Positions 1 through 8,251 of a DNA stretch of 9,819 bases are shown in pieces (position 1 is the first letter of the stretch; every line of letters begins with the position of its first letter). Under the pieces are notes generated by a model. The model did not search any database and was not told the DNA's origin. It was given only the letters and a program-made list of their open reading frames with translations. The position numbers and the translations under genes are program-made. This DNA comes from a virus (lineage: Duplodnaviria > Heunggongvirae > Uroviricota > Caudoviricetes). Where the stretch lies: IMG/VR virus record IMGVR_UViG_2645727743_000024; one strand, given 5' to 3'.

Positions 1-168
1 GAAATGCTGAAAATTAATCCACAAATTACCGAAATGGTAGCTAAATACGCTGGGTGTTCTGTAGAAGAAGTAGAACGATGTGTTGAAAAATATTTTTCTC
101 CTTCTTCTCCGTCTACACCTTCCATTAATGAATTAATCAAATTAAAAGCTAAGGAGATTACTAAATGA
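1..168 (+). CDS. 3' end of an upstream gene (partial, start lies left of the window); probably a head-morphogenesis gene by position, function not determinable
   Basis: Frame 1 is open from base 1 for 55 codons and ends at TGA 166-168, overlapping the next ATG (165-167) in an ATGA arrangement typical of translationally coupled phage head genes. No start is visible, so it is absent from the ORF track. Confidence 0.35.
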   Translation, partial: EMLKINPQITEMVAKYAGCSVEEVERCVEKYFSPSSPSTPSINELIKLKAKEITK

Positions 169-527
169 TTATTGATTTAGACACTCTGTTTCCAGTTCGA
201 AAGACTTTCACAGATATTGTAAGTTATTGTACTGATCCGTTTGCCTCTGTAGAAAACAAGGTTTTTGCTTCTCTTCCTGCTGATGTTGAGTGCGGCGACT
301 TGATCACCAGCACGGGCGCTAAATATGAATCAGGAGATGATATCTATGTTGTTATGAGTGAATTTGTAACGGCTGGAGCAAACAAGCCTGTAGATGTTTT
401 ACGTAGCAATGCTGGCCTTGTGTGCATCAAAGCTGATGCGCTGAATGCTGTAAGTGAAGCAGCAAAAACAGCATTAATTAAAAAAGGCTTCCAGCTTGAA
501 GGCTTTAATACGGTTTTCACTTCTTAA
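165..527 (+). CDS. hypothetical phage head protein (possible decoration or head accessory protein by position, directly upstream of the major capsid gene)
   Basis: 120-aa ORF with AAGGAG at 151-156, 8 nt before ATG 165; stop TAA 525-527 lies 18 nt before the capsid gene. Position mirrors lambda D before E, but I see no convincing sequence similarity to gpD. Confidence 0.6.
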   Translation: MIIDLDTLFPVRKTFTDIVSYCTDPFASVENKVFASLPADVECGDLITSTGAKYESGDDIYVVMSEFVTAGANKPVDVLRSNAGLVCIKADALNAVSEAAKTALIKKGFQLEGFNTVFTS

Positions 528-545
528 TAAAAGGAATAATAATAA

Positions 546-1574
546 ATGATTCTAGGTAATGATTACGTTGATTTAGCTCCTCTGTTCTCTGCGCATAGCA
601 CTAGAAACTATCTGCTTTCTACTCTCGACTTCACTGATTCTGTAGGGGTTACATCTCATAAAGTAGCTGTTTCCCAGCTTGTCGAAAGCAACGAATCTCT
701 CTTTAACAAAGAGACAAGCCGTTTTAGTTCTGAACACAACGTTACTAAGCGAGAACAAGGTAAAGAATGGCTGATTGAAATCCCGTATTTTCTTCGTGAA
801 GATGTGATCCGTCCTTCTGATGTTCAAGGCAAACGTAAGCCAGGCACTGATTTTCAGGAAACACTCACTGATATCTATGCGGAATATATCGCTAAACACA
901 ATGTTGCATTCCAGCGTACTAAAGAGAGCGTGTTGGCGGCTTCTTTGTTCTCTGGCAAAACTTACACGCCTAAAACTGATGATGTGTTAATTGAGTGGGG
1001 CAAGCTGTTTAATGTGACACCTATGAAAGCCACTGTGACCGCTTCCAGCACTGACACCACGAAGATTTTTAAAGAATTTGATCAGATTGCTACGAATATT
1101 ATCGACAGAGCACAAAGCCAGGCGTCAGCGGTAGAGCGTATTGTTGTTTTCTGTAAGCCGGAAGCCTTCTCTGCAATTCGATTCTCTGCGGGTATGGCAA
1201 ACGCATTCCAGTATGTAAGCCCACTGGAAGAGGGGAACGTTGTGTATCAGCGTCGTGACCTGCTGCCAGGGGTGACAGCGTTCACTATTCCAGGAACTAA
1301 CATTGATGTTGTTAAACTGGTAGATCCGCTACACCTTGCACATATGACCGCTGACGCTGTAGCTGTGCCTAAATTCTCTAAGGGTAGCGGAATTTATACC
1401 AATATCTTCGGGGCTGCTTCCAGCACCTTTGAACTGATTAATGCCGCTCCTGCTGAGGTGTACAGCTATAGCTATGAATCTTCTCGTGGTGATGCTGTTA
1501 ACGTTGTTACAGAGAATAGCCAGATGGTTGTAAACCACGGCGTTGGCTTCTCAGTTCAAATCACTGTAAAATAA
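546..1574 (+). CDS. major capsid protein, lambda gpE-like (Phage_cap_E family)
   Basis: 342 aa, close to lambda gpE (341 aa). Recalled gpE-like stretches: APLF, HKVAVSQL (gpE EKVYLSQI) and IVVFCKPEAFSAIRF (gpE IIVFDPKGWALFRSF). AAGGA at 531-535 precedes the ATG; a strong terminator follows. Confidence 0.8.
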   Translation: MILGNDYVDLAPLFSAHSTRNYLLSTLDFTDSVGVTSHKVAVSQLVESNESLFNKETSRFSSEHNVTKREQGKEWLIEIPYFLREDVIRPSDVQGKRKPGTDFQETLTDIYAEYIAKHNVAFQRTKESVLAASLFSGKTYTPKTDDVLIEWGKLFNVTPMKATVTASSTDTTKIFKEFDQIATNIIDRAQSQASAVERIVVFCKPEAFSAIRFSAGMANAFQYVSPLEEGNVVYQRRDLLPGVTAFTIPGTNIDVVKLVDPLHLAHMTADAVAVPKFSKGSGIYTNIFGAASSTFELINAAPAEVYSYSYESSRGDAVNVVTENSQMVVNHGVGFSVQITVK

Positions 1575-1592
1575 TATTTTAACGTGTAATAG

Positions 1593-1627
1593 AGGCGTGG
1601 CGTGTATTCACGCTTCGCCTTTTTTTA
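1593..1627 (+). terminator. rho-independent terminator downstream of the major capsid gene
   Basis: Stem 1593-1604 pairs with 1609-1620 (12 positions, one T-T mismatch and one G-T wobble), 4-nt loop TATT, then TTTTTTT at 1621-1627. Confidence 0.6.
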
Positions 1628-1659
1628 TTTATTTTTAAATTTTGAGAGGTGATTAAAAT

Positions 1660-1863
1660 ATGGAAGTGATTTTGAAATCAAAAAATGGTGTACACGTACA
1701 TTTAGATGCTAATGATTCTAGAGGCTTGTTAAATCTGAAATATCTATGTTCTCTTTTAGATGTTCCCTATGAAGGAGTAAAAGCCCGTATGTTCAGACTA
1801 AACGAGAGTATTGATCAGGCTCTACACCATTTCTTAAGCAAAGAAGGTGGTAAAAATGATTAA
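1660..1863 (+). CDS. hypothetical small protein (67 aa), first gene of a three-gene cassette
   Basis: ATG 1660 preceded by GAGAGGTGA (1644-1652); stop 1861-1863 lies 14 nt before the next gene's ATG. No recognisable motif. Confidence 0.5.
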   Translation: MEVILKSKNGVHVHLDANDSRGLLNLKYLCSLLDVPYEGVKARMFRLNESIDQALHHFLSKEGGKND

Positions 1864-1877
1864 TAAGGGGATTTTAA

Positions 1878-3707
1878 ATGTTAGAAATTAACACTTCTAA
1901 AATTAAGAACACAGTAACATTTAGTGTAGATAAAGACAGCTTGAAAAAAGCGAAAGACTCTATTACAGGCTTAAAGGAATTCGCAGAAAATATCAAGCCA
2001 GCTAAATTGAGATTTGATAGTGTCACTAAAGGCTATAAGAAAGCACAAAGTGAAGTAGACAAGATTGCTCAACAGAAAGCTAAAACAGAAAAACAGAATC
2101 AAAGAGCACAAGCTGCCGCAGCAAGAGCACAGGCAAGGCAACAGCAACAAATAGCAGCACGTAAGGAGAAAGCTGAACTAAAGCTTTTAGACGTTGGATC
2201 AAGCATTAGTGCAATGCACCGCCTCTCTGTAGCGGAACAATATAAAGCTATTGCACAGGCTAGAGAGATAGCCAAACAATATGAGCAAGGGGCTATCTCG
2301 CTTGCACGTATGAATAGCCAGATGAAACGCCTACAACAGCAACAACGTAAGATTAATGGCAATAGAAAAGCACAATTAGCCCCCGTTAAGGGAGGATCAG
2401 GGAATTCCGCCACTATGGGCGCTCTGTTATTTGGAGGCGCTACGGCTGCCGCTGGCGTGATGGCTATGAATAAAGCAAATGAATTCGTTACTAATAGTTT
2501 TGCCAATGCTGAGACACAAGGAGAATTAATCCAACGTGCAAGGCTTGGCGGTGTAGACGTTAACCAGATGTATAATATTACAGAATGGGCGTATAGAAAC
2601 GGCGTTGACTCTATGATGGGGGATCAAGGGGCTAGGAAATACCTGGATCAGATGAAAGATGTTAGGGAACGTGCCGCAAAATCCTATAGTGAAGCTGAAT
2701 TAGTGAAAGACAAGAAAACCGGAAAATCTGAATGGAAAGGCGGTGATAACGCTATTAATGAACTTCTAAACATTGGAGTTATTAACAAAAGCGACCTTAA
2801 AAAATTTGCTGATAATCCAGCCGGATTAATTTCTAAGGCTGTTAATGGAATGATGAAAAAAGGGTTTTCAGATTCTCAAATTGGACAACGTTTAGAAGAC
2901 CTGGGCGATGATTTGATGCTTACATCAAAATATTGGCAACGTTCCGTTAAAGATGTACAAGAAAGTATTAATCAGCAAAAAGCCTCTGGAAAATGGCTAA
3001 CAGAAACACAGCAAGACTCTATTGTTAAATTCAGAGAACTAAACAGACAGCTTTCACAGCTTTCTGATGCAAGACAAGTAGCATTCGTAGACGGCTTTAT
3101 GAAATCTCTTGATCCAAAAGTAACGGAAGAGTTTATGAAAAACCTTTCTAATCTCACTCCGTATTTTACGAAGCTAGGGGAAGCTGTAGGAAGTCTCTTT
3201 GAGGCTATTATGAAGATTGTAAACTGGTTTAATCGTAATGATGATAAGACAGATGCTATTCAGAAAAATTTAGGTGATGCACCGCCTTTGAGTAATGAAG
3301 GGATGAAACAGCATCTTTCTAATCTCGTTCCTGACCAATATAAAGGCGCTGGCACTGCAACAACTACACCTGATAATAGTCATTCTCTATTTAATACGAT
3401 TAAGGGATTGCTTTTCGATGATAATTCTTCTGTGTCAGATGTAAAAATGTCAGTCAGCGAAGCACCGATAACCAATCTCAAACAGGGTGCTTTAAATAAT
3501 CTTGCAATGACAACTCCGGCTTATAATTTATCTCCTGTATTCAATCTGAATCCTACATTTGAAGTGGTAACGGAGGTTCCGCTTACTATTAATTCTGACA
3601 CATCCAGATTAAGCGATTATGTGGATTTTACAGCGAGAGCAAGTCGGGATAGCTTCTTGAAATCATTAACATTAACCAGCTTATCAGGACAATCTAACGG
3701 CGGGTAA
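1878..3707 (+). CDS. hypothetical 609-aa protein with Gln/Ala-rich coiled-coil region and a Gly/Ala-rich hydrophobic segment; possibly a virion internal, ejection or tape-measure-like protein
   Basis: RBS AAGGGG 1865-1870, 7 nt before ATG 1878. Residues about 55-160 are Q/A/K/R-rich heptad-like (AQQKAKTEKQNQRAQAAAARAQARQQQQIAARKEKAELK); residues about 170-197 GGSGNSATMGALLFGGATAAAGVMAM look membrane-spanning; the C-terminal third is S/T/N-rich. Function is inferred from architecture only. Confidence 0.75.
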   Translation: MLEINTSKIKNTVTFSVDKDSLKKAKDSITGLKEFAENIKPAKLRFDSVTKGYKKAQSEVDKIAQQKAKTEKQNQRAQAAAARAQARQQQQIAARKEKAELKLLDVGSSISAMHRLSVAEQYKAIAQAREIAKQYEQGAISLARMNSQMKRLQQQQRKINGNRKAQLAPVKGGSGNSATMGALLFGGATAAAGVMAMNKANEFVTNSFANAETQGELIQRARLGGVDVNQMYNITEWAYRNGVDSMMGDQGARKYLDQMKDVRERAAKSYSEAELVKDKKTGKSEWKGGDNAINELLNIGVINKSDLKKFADNPAGLISKAVNGMMKKGFSDSQIGQRLEDLGDDLMLTSKYWQRSVKDVQESINQQKASGKWLTETQQDSIVKFRELNRQLSQLSDARQVAFVDGFMKSLDPKVTEEFMKNLSNLTPYFTKLGEAVGSLFEAIMKIVNWFNRNDDKTDAIQKNLGDAPPLSNEGMKQHLSNLVPDQYKGAGTATTTPDNSHSLFNTIKGLLFDDNSSVSDVKMSVSEAPITNLKQGALNNLAMTTPAYNLSPVFNLNPTFEVVTEVPLTINSDTSRLSDYVDFTARASRDSFLKSLTLTSLSGQSNGG

Positions 3708-3741
3708 TTCCCGCCATAACATTACAAGGAAAATTATTATT

Positions 3742-4455
3742 ATGGCGACCGCCGGGATTTTAACCATACGTGCAGCAAATACTCCAGAACAACACGTTCA
3801 GGCTGTTTACAAAGCAGAACAAGATATAAACTCTACAAAAAACGAAAATAGCAAAGCTAATAAAACAAAAGGAGAGAATGGTTTTGCTATTGTTACCAGT
3901 GGGCTGGCTTCTTCTGGCAATGATGTTTATGAAAATTATATGGCACTGGCTTTTGACAGTGTTGACGATGTGAACGTGAGACGTTCGGCAGATGTTACAA
4001 GCTACCCCGTAGAAAATGGTGCTACTGTGTCTGATCACGTTCAAATTAAAAACAATAAGTTTTCTCTTAAAGGAAGGATCACTGAAACACCGATTAAAAG
4101 CGATCCTGGCTTGTTAAAGAGTGCAGGGGTGAACGGGAACAGAAGATCATTAGCAATTGATTATCTGAATCAGATTATGGACAGTAGACAGCCTTTTCTT
4201 CTTGTTACAGAAAATAAAACTTTTGAGAACGTTGTTTTAACAGGCATCGAATACACAGAAGAGGCAAGCGAATCCCTGGTATTTGATCTTAGCTTTGAGC
4301 AGATCAGGCTCGTTTCGTATGGCACTGTAAACACTGTAGCTATCAAAACACAGCCATCTAAGAACATCGGGGCGAATATGAAAAAACGTGTTAACACTGA
4401 AAAATCAAGTAGTGAAGGTGAAGACACTATTACTCCTGCCTTTAAACAGGAATAG
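3742..4455 (+). CDS. hypothetical 237-aa protein, third gene of the cassette
   Basis: RBS AAGGA 3726-3730 before ATG 3742; the N-terminal about 60 aa are K/N/E-rich low complexity, the rest has alternating hydrophobic and polar stretches. No recognisable catalytic motif. Confidence 0.7.
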   Translation: MATAGILTIRAANTPEQHVQAVYKAEQDINSTKNENSKANKTKGENGFAIVTSGLASSGNDVYENYMALAFDSVDDVNVRRSADVTSYPVENGATVSDHVQIKNNKFSLKGRITETPIKSDPGLLKSAGVNGNRRSLAIDYLNQIMDSRQPFLLVTENKTFENVVLTGIEYTEEASESLVFDLSFEQIRLVSYGTVNTVAIKTQPSKNIGANMKKRVNTEKSSSEGEDTITPAFKQE

Positions 4456-4495
4456 CCGTAAACGCCCCTAAAACGCTCTGTAACGATGTAATTAT

Positions 4496-4530
4496 AAAAG
4501 AGGCTACCAATCTATATTGAGGCCTCTTTA
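4496..4530. terminator. hairpin between convergent genes (possible bidirectional terminator)
   Basis: AAAAGAGGC (4496-4504) pairs with GCCTCTTTA (4522-4530) at 8 of 9 positions, but the loop is 17 nt and the flanking T-runs are weak. Confidence 0.25.
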
Positions 4531-4536
4531 TTGCGT

Positions 4537-5871
4537 CTATGGTGTTGTTTTACGCCTTAAATTTGATTTTTTATTGATTGATAAGCCTTTCTCTATTTCA
4601 GGGTAGCGTAGAAGCTCAATATATTTTTTAAGCTCTACTGGAGAAGCTGCATTCTTGCTATATGTGCGGAATGTCTCTGTATTGCCGCGTGTATGGCCCA
4701 GGAGAAGGGCGATCCTGTCTTCTGGAATTTGATTTCGATCAAGAAGCTGTGCTACTCCGTGTCTCAGAGAATGAAACACCTTCCTTTCTGTTCCCTTTTC
4801 CCCTAAAGCCTTTCGTTTAGCTCTTGTAAATCTCTGCGTGTGCCACGTGGAACGCTTACCATCAGCACGCTCTGTAATGCTGGCGTGATAGAACAAAAAG
4901 CCATTATGAGGCTTTTCACGCAGCGACAACACCAACGGAGTGATAAGGCTATGTACAGGCACAACACGTGCCGCAGCTTTCGTTTTTCCCTGTGTGATTT
5001 CAAAACACAGCACACCTTCGATCTCTTTCACATCGTCTATTGTGAGACTTGCTATCTCATTGATCCGCATACCTGTATATAAACCGATAAGACACAAAGC
5101 CATCATTTCTTTGTTTTCTGCTGAATTACCGGAAAATACTTGCAACACCTGCAATAGCTCTTTGTTAGAAAATGCCTCGTAGCTCTCTCTACTTTGTGCC
5201 ACATCAAGCCTATGCCCTCGCCAGGGGGAGAGCGCCCTTTCTGGCGCATCGTGGTAACGTGATGAAGCTAACTCCCATAGCTGGGCCATTGGGCTGATAT
5301 AATTTGCAATTGATTGTTGTGAAAGGGTTTTTTGCATGTGTTCTATCCAGCCTGTAACAGTGGTGCGGCTTACATCTTGCAATGCAATATCAGGCTTTTT
5401 ACGGTAGGAGAGAAACATCTCTACCGCTTTTCTTGCCTTAGCTAAAGTGGCTGGCTTCTTCTTCGTGCTGTTAATTGTCAGGTAGATTTCAAGAATTTTA
5501 AGCAATGACGGACACGAAGACGCTGTATCTTGCATTCTGGTAGCTGTTTTGGCGTATTTAGCCTTACTGCGTAACAGTTCCAGCGTGTTCTCTATTGTGC
5601 TGTTTACAGGAGCGACACTCTCCCGTAGACAATGGTATTCATCTGCAATCTGATCACGCTTTCTACGTGCAACACGAAGATTACTTGTGTGTAGACTTCT
5701 GACAAACGTCCTTTTTCCTTCAAAAAAGGGCTGCATATACACAGGCAGCGTGATCCTTAAATAGTAGTTACCGTAAGAATCACAGATTATGTATTGATTG
5801 GGCTTGTATCTCATAAACTCCCCGGCTAAAGTGTCGGAGCGTTTGTAATGTGAAAATTGATTGTAACGCAT
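4537..5871 (-). CDS. tyrosine recombinase / phage integrase
   Basis: 444-aa ORF with catalytic-domain motifs: Arg in TGMRINE, HSLRHG, LLGH and a C-terminal Tyr in RTYSK. ATG at 5871 has no Shine-Dalgarno; an in-frame ATG at 5814 (425 aa) has GGGGAG 3 nt upstream. The N-terminus does not resemble the P4-type arm-binding domain as I recall it. Confidence 0.85.
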   Translation of the reverse strand: MRYNQFSHYKRSDTLAGEFMRYKPNQYIICDSYGNYYLRITLPVYMQPFFEGKRTFVRSLHTSNLRVARRKRDQIADEYHCLRESVAPVNSTIENTLELLRSKAKYAKTATRMQDTASSCPSLLKILEIYLTINSTKKKPATLAKARKAVEMFLSYRKKPDIALQDVSRTTVTGWIEHMQKTLSQQSIANYISPMAQLWELASSRYHDAPERALSPWRGHRLDVAQSRESYEAFSNKELLQVLQVFSGNSAENKEMMALCLIGLYTGMRINEIASLTIDDVKEIEGVLCFEITQGKTKAAARVVPVHSLITPLVLSLREKPHNGFLFYHASITERADGKRSTWHTQRFTRAKRKALGEKGTERKVFHSLRHGVAQLLDRNQIPEDRIALLLGHTRGNTETFRTYSKNAASPVELKKYIELLRYPEIEKGLSINKKSNLRRKTTP

Positions 5872-5876
5872 AGAAA

Positions 5877-5906
5877 ATGATAATTTTTTCTATAAGATTC
5901 AATCAA
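5877..5906 (-). promoter_or_regulatory. candidate sigma70 promoter for the integrase
   Basis: On the - strand: TTGATT (5906-5901), 18-nt spacer, TATCAT (5882-5877). Predicted start falls near 5871, which would favour the 5814 start codon. AT-rich context makes chance matches likely. Confidence 0.2.
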
Positions 5907-5957
5907 TTAGTAATGGTCGTAGGTGATGGCATTAACACGAGATTAATCGAGTGTTTT

Positions 5958-5976
5958 ACTCCTATTATCGGCACCA
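5958..5976 (+). repeat. attachment-site core: 19-nt copy of the 3' end of tRNA-Thr (thrW type) without a tRNA body
   Basis: ACTCCTATTATCGGCACCA matches my recollection of the thrW 3' end (T-stem 3' half, acceptor 3' strand TATCGGC, discriminator A, CCA). Upstream sequence GTGTTTT does not continue the tRNA, and no GCCGATA 5' acceptor strand is present about 70 nt upstream. It lies between the integrase 5' end and the CP4-like module. Confidence 0.6.
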
Positions 5977-6255
5977 TTAAAATCAAATTGTTACGTAAGA
6001 TCTTATCATTCTCCCACCAAAAAATTATCTTAATGTAACAGCTGGTGTAAGTAAATTCTATCAACGAAGATCAATCTTATCTACTGACCAAAAAGGCCTG
6101 ATAGGGCTTCGCTCACTATACATCCTTGGCTGCAGGTTTAGTTGTACACCACTCCTAAATTTAATGTGTTGGCAATGTGTTCAATAAAGCTCGAACAAAT
6201 TAGCTCATTATGATCGGTTAATACTTCAACTTCTGGTTGCATGATTGTTTGTCCG

Positions 6256-6292
6256 TAAAAAGATAACGCGCCTGCCGGGTAGTAGCAGGCGC
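6256..6292 (-). terminator. candidate rho-independent terminator downstream of the toxin gene
   Basis: Perfect 8-bp stem GCGCCTGC (6268-6275) with GCAGGCGC (6285-6292), 9-nt loop; on the - strand followed by GTTATCTTTTTA, an interrupted T-run. Confidence 0.4.
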
Positions 6293-6357
6293 ATTACGCA
6301 ATAGGTAAACAAGGGAGGAAGTTCAGAAATGTAAATCGGGAAGGTTGTACGCAATGT

Positions 6358-7037
<680 letters not shown>

Positions 7038-7055
7038 TACAGTTCTCCACTATTG

Positions 7056-7277
7056 TCAGTTCAGGGTGATGCTCATCAGGCAGGTATAGGGCCCATTGCG
7101 GTCCTGGCGGCGTTCGGCGTATACCGCGAGGACTCCGGCGATATCCGGAACGTCCCTGCCGGTGTAATGACAGACGCTACCGTGCCACTGGTATTTGCCG
7201 GTGCAGTAGCGAAAGATTCGGGACTCAGGATGCTGGCGGTATATCGTCATTGCCCTGCGTTTACTGATAATTTTCAT
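7056..7277 (-). CDS. DUF987 family protein (YeeT/YkfH-like)
   Basis: 73 aa from ATG 7277 (MKIISKRRAMTIYRQHPESRIFRYCTGKYQWHG...), resembling recalled YeeT. GAGG lies 8 nt upstream. The track start at 7289 is a non-ATG (TTG) start overlapping the RadC-like stop. Confidence 0.7.
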   Translation of the reverse strand: MKIISKRRAMTIYRQHPESRIFRYCTGKYQWHGSVCHYTGRDVPDIAGVLAVYAERRQDRNGPYTCLMSITLN

Positions 7278-7285
7278 GTAATACC

Positions 7286-7762
7286 TCAAAGCAGACCGTG
7301 TTCTGCGAACGAATAGATTTGCCTGCCACCGACAATCAGATGGTCAGGGACACGGATATCCACCAGCTGAAGCACCTGAACCAGTCGCTGCGTGAGGGTT
7401 TTGTCGGCCTGGCTAGGTGTCGTCTCGCCGGAAGGATGGTTATGCGCGAGTATCACCGCCGCCGCGTTGAAGTGCAGAGCACGTTTGACCACCTCCCGGG
7501 GATGCACCTCGGTGCGGTTAATCGTGCCGGTGAAGAGCGTTTCATGGGCAATCAACTGATTCTGGTTGTCCAGATACAACACCCGGAACTCTTCCCGCTC
7601 AAGCGCGGCCATATGCAGTCGCAGCCATTCACGTACGGCGTGGGTAGAGGTGAAGGCTACGCCGGGCTCATGCAGGTGGCGGTCCAGAGCCCTGAGCGCC
7701 CGCTGAATGAGACGCCGGTCCTGTGGCGTCATCTCGCCGGGTAAAAAGGAAAGCTGTTTCAT
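7286..7762 (-). CDS. RadC-like JAB/JAMM-domain protein (YkfG/YeeS/YfjY family)
   Basis: 158 aa; HNHPSG motif (LAHNHPSGETTPS) and C-terminal DHLIVGGRQIYSFAEHGLL typical of the family; AGGAG precedes ATG 7762. Confidence 0.85.
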   Translation of the reverse strand: MKQLSFLPGEMTPQDRRLIQRALRALDRHLHEPGVAFTSTHAVREWLRLHMAALEREEFRVLYLDNQNQLIAHETLFTGTINRTEVHPREVVKRALHFNAAAVILAHNHPSGETTPSQADKTLTQRLVQVLQLVDIRVPDHLIVGGRQIYSFAEHGLL

Positions 7763-7777
7763 CTGTTGCTCCTTCGG

Positions 7778-8236
7778 TCAGTCGATAATACGCAGAATGG
7801 CGTGAGCCTCTGGATGTTGCATGGCATACTCCCGCAGGCGGTAATAGTGTGCGGTCATCGCGTCACATTCTGTACGGCAGGCATGGTGGCTATACGCAAT
7901 CAGGCAGACAGCAATACCTGCTGCTTCTGCACTCATTTGGGCATCGTTACCGTTCAGGCAGTTAAACAGACGCCATGTCTCATCGTTGTCAGGCTCGGGG
8001 GACATAAATGCGCCGCCATTGCTGAGGGTGTAGAACGACCAGATACCACCGCTGTAGCCCTCACAGAAGCGGTCCATCCAGGCGAAGATATGCGGCTCCA
8101 GGAGTAGCCACTGCGGGATAGCGCCAAAGTACTGTGGCCAGAAATCGATACGCTGTTCATCGGGGACCGGCGTGACGGTCAGTTCAAATTCGGGTTGGTT
8201 AGCGGGTGCGAGGTCGTGCTGCGTCTGTGTTATCAT
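7778..8236 (-). CDS. antirestriction protein, ArdB/KlcA family (YfjX/YafX-like)
   Basis: 152 aa from ATG 8236 (MITQTQHDLAPANQ...). The track ORF extends to 8449 but would overlap the upstream DUF905 gene; the internal ATG has GGAGA upstream and follows a terminator-like hairpin. Confidence 0.8.
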   Translation of the reverse strand: MITQTQHDLAPANQPEFELTVTPVPDEQRIDFWPQYFGAIPQWLLLEPHIFAWMDRFCEGYSGGIWSFYTLSNGGAFMSPEPDNDETWRLFNCLNGNDAQMSAEAAGIAVCLIAYSHHACRTECDAMTAHYYRLREYAMQHPEAHAILRIID

Positions 8237-8251
8237 GGGTATGTCTCCGTC

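Larger units (their letters stand above)
1..5976. mobile_element. right-hand portion of an integrative phage-like element (prophage or capsid-encoding satellite), bounded on the right by the tRNA-Thr-derived att core; left boundary outside the window
   Basis: About 40% GC against about 55% to the right; head genes plus integrase; att core at 5958-5976. Confidence 0.55.

Noticed and set aside
2099-2506. 135-aa Cys/Ala-rich ORF on the - strand
   Set aside because: Antisense shadow of the Q/A-rich repetitive region of the 609-aa gene; its low-complexity composition is a by-product of the sense-strand repeats.
1878-3707. Assigning the 609-aa protein to P22 gp16 (ejection protein) because the lengths coincide
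   Set aside because: Length identity alone is not evidence; I cannot recall sequence-level similarity, and the capsid here is lambda E-like rather than P22-like.
573-5182. Other short antisense or overlapping ORFs (573-899 -, 1329-1538 -, 2972-3157 -, 3760-4044 -, 4170-4427 -, 4803-5015 -, 4840-5082 +, 4940-5182 +)
   Set aside because: Each is fully embedded in a longer, better-supported gene on the opposite strand and lacks a ribosome-binding site.
5900-5976. Possible intact tRNA-Thr gene ending at 5976
   Set aside because: Only the last 19 nt match; no 5' acceptor strand (GCCGATA) or D/anticodon arms are present upstream, so it is a fragment, not a gene.
5997-6081. Imperfect direct repeat AAGATC-TTATC (5997-6007) and AAGATC-AAT-CTTATC (6067-6081) right of the att core; possible integrase arm-type or IHF sites
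   Set aside because: Short, imperfect and in AT-rich DNA where such matches arise by chance; only two copies.
6138-6242. 34-aa ORF on the - strand (MQPEVEVLTDHNELICSSFIEHIANTLNLGVVYN) downstream of the toxin terminator
   Set aside because: No Shine-Dalgarno sequence, very short, sits directly after a terminator-like hairpin, and I cannot match it to a known small protein; cannot be supported from sequence alone.
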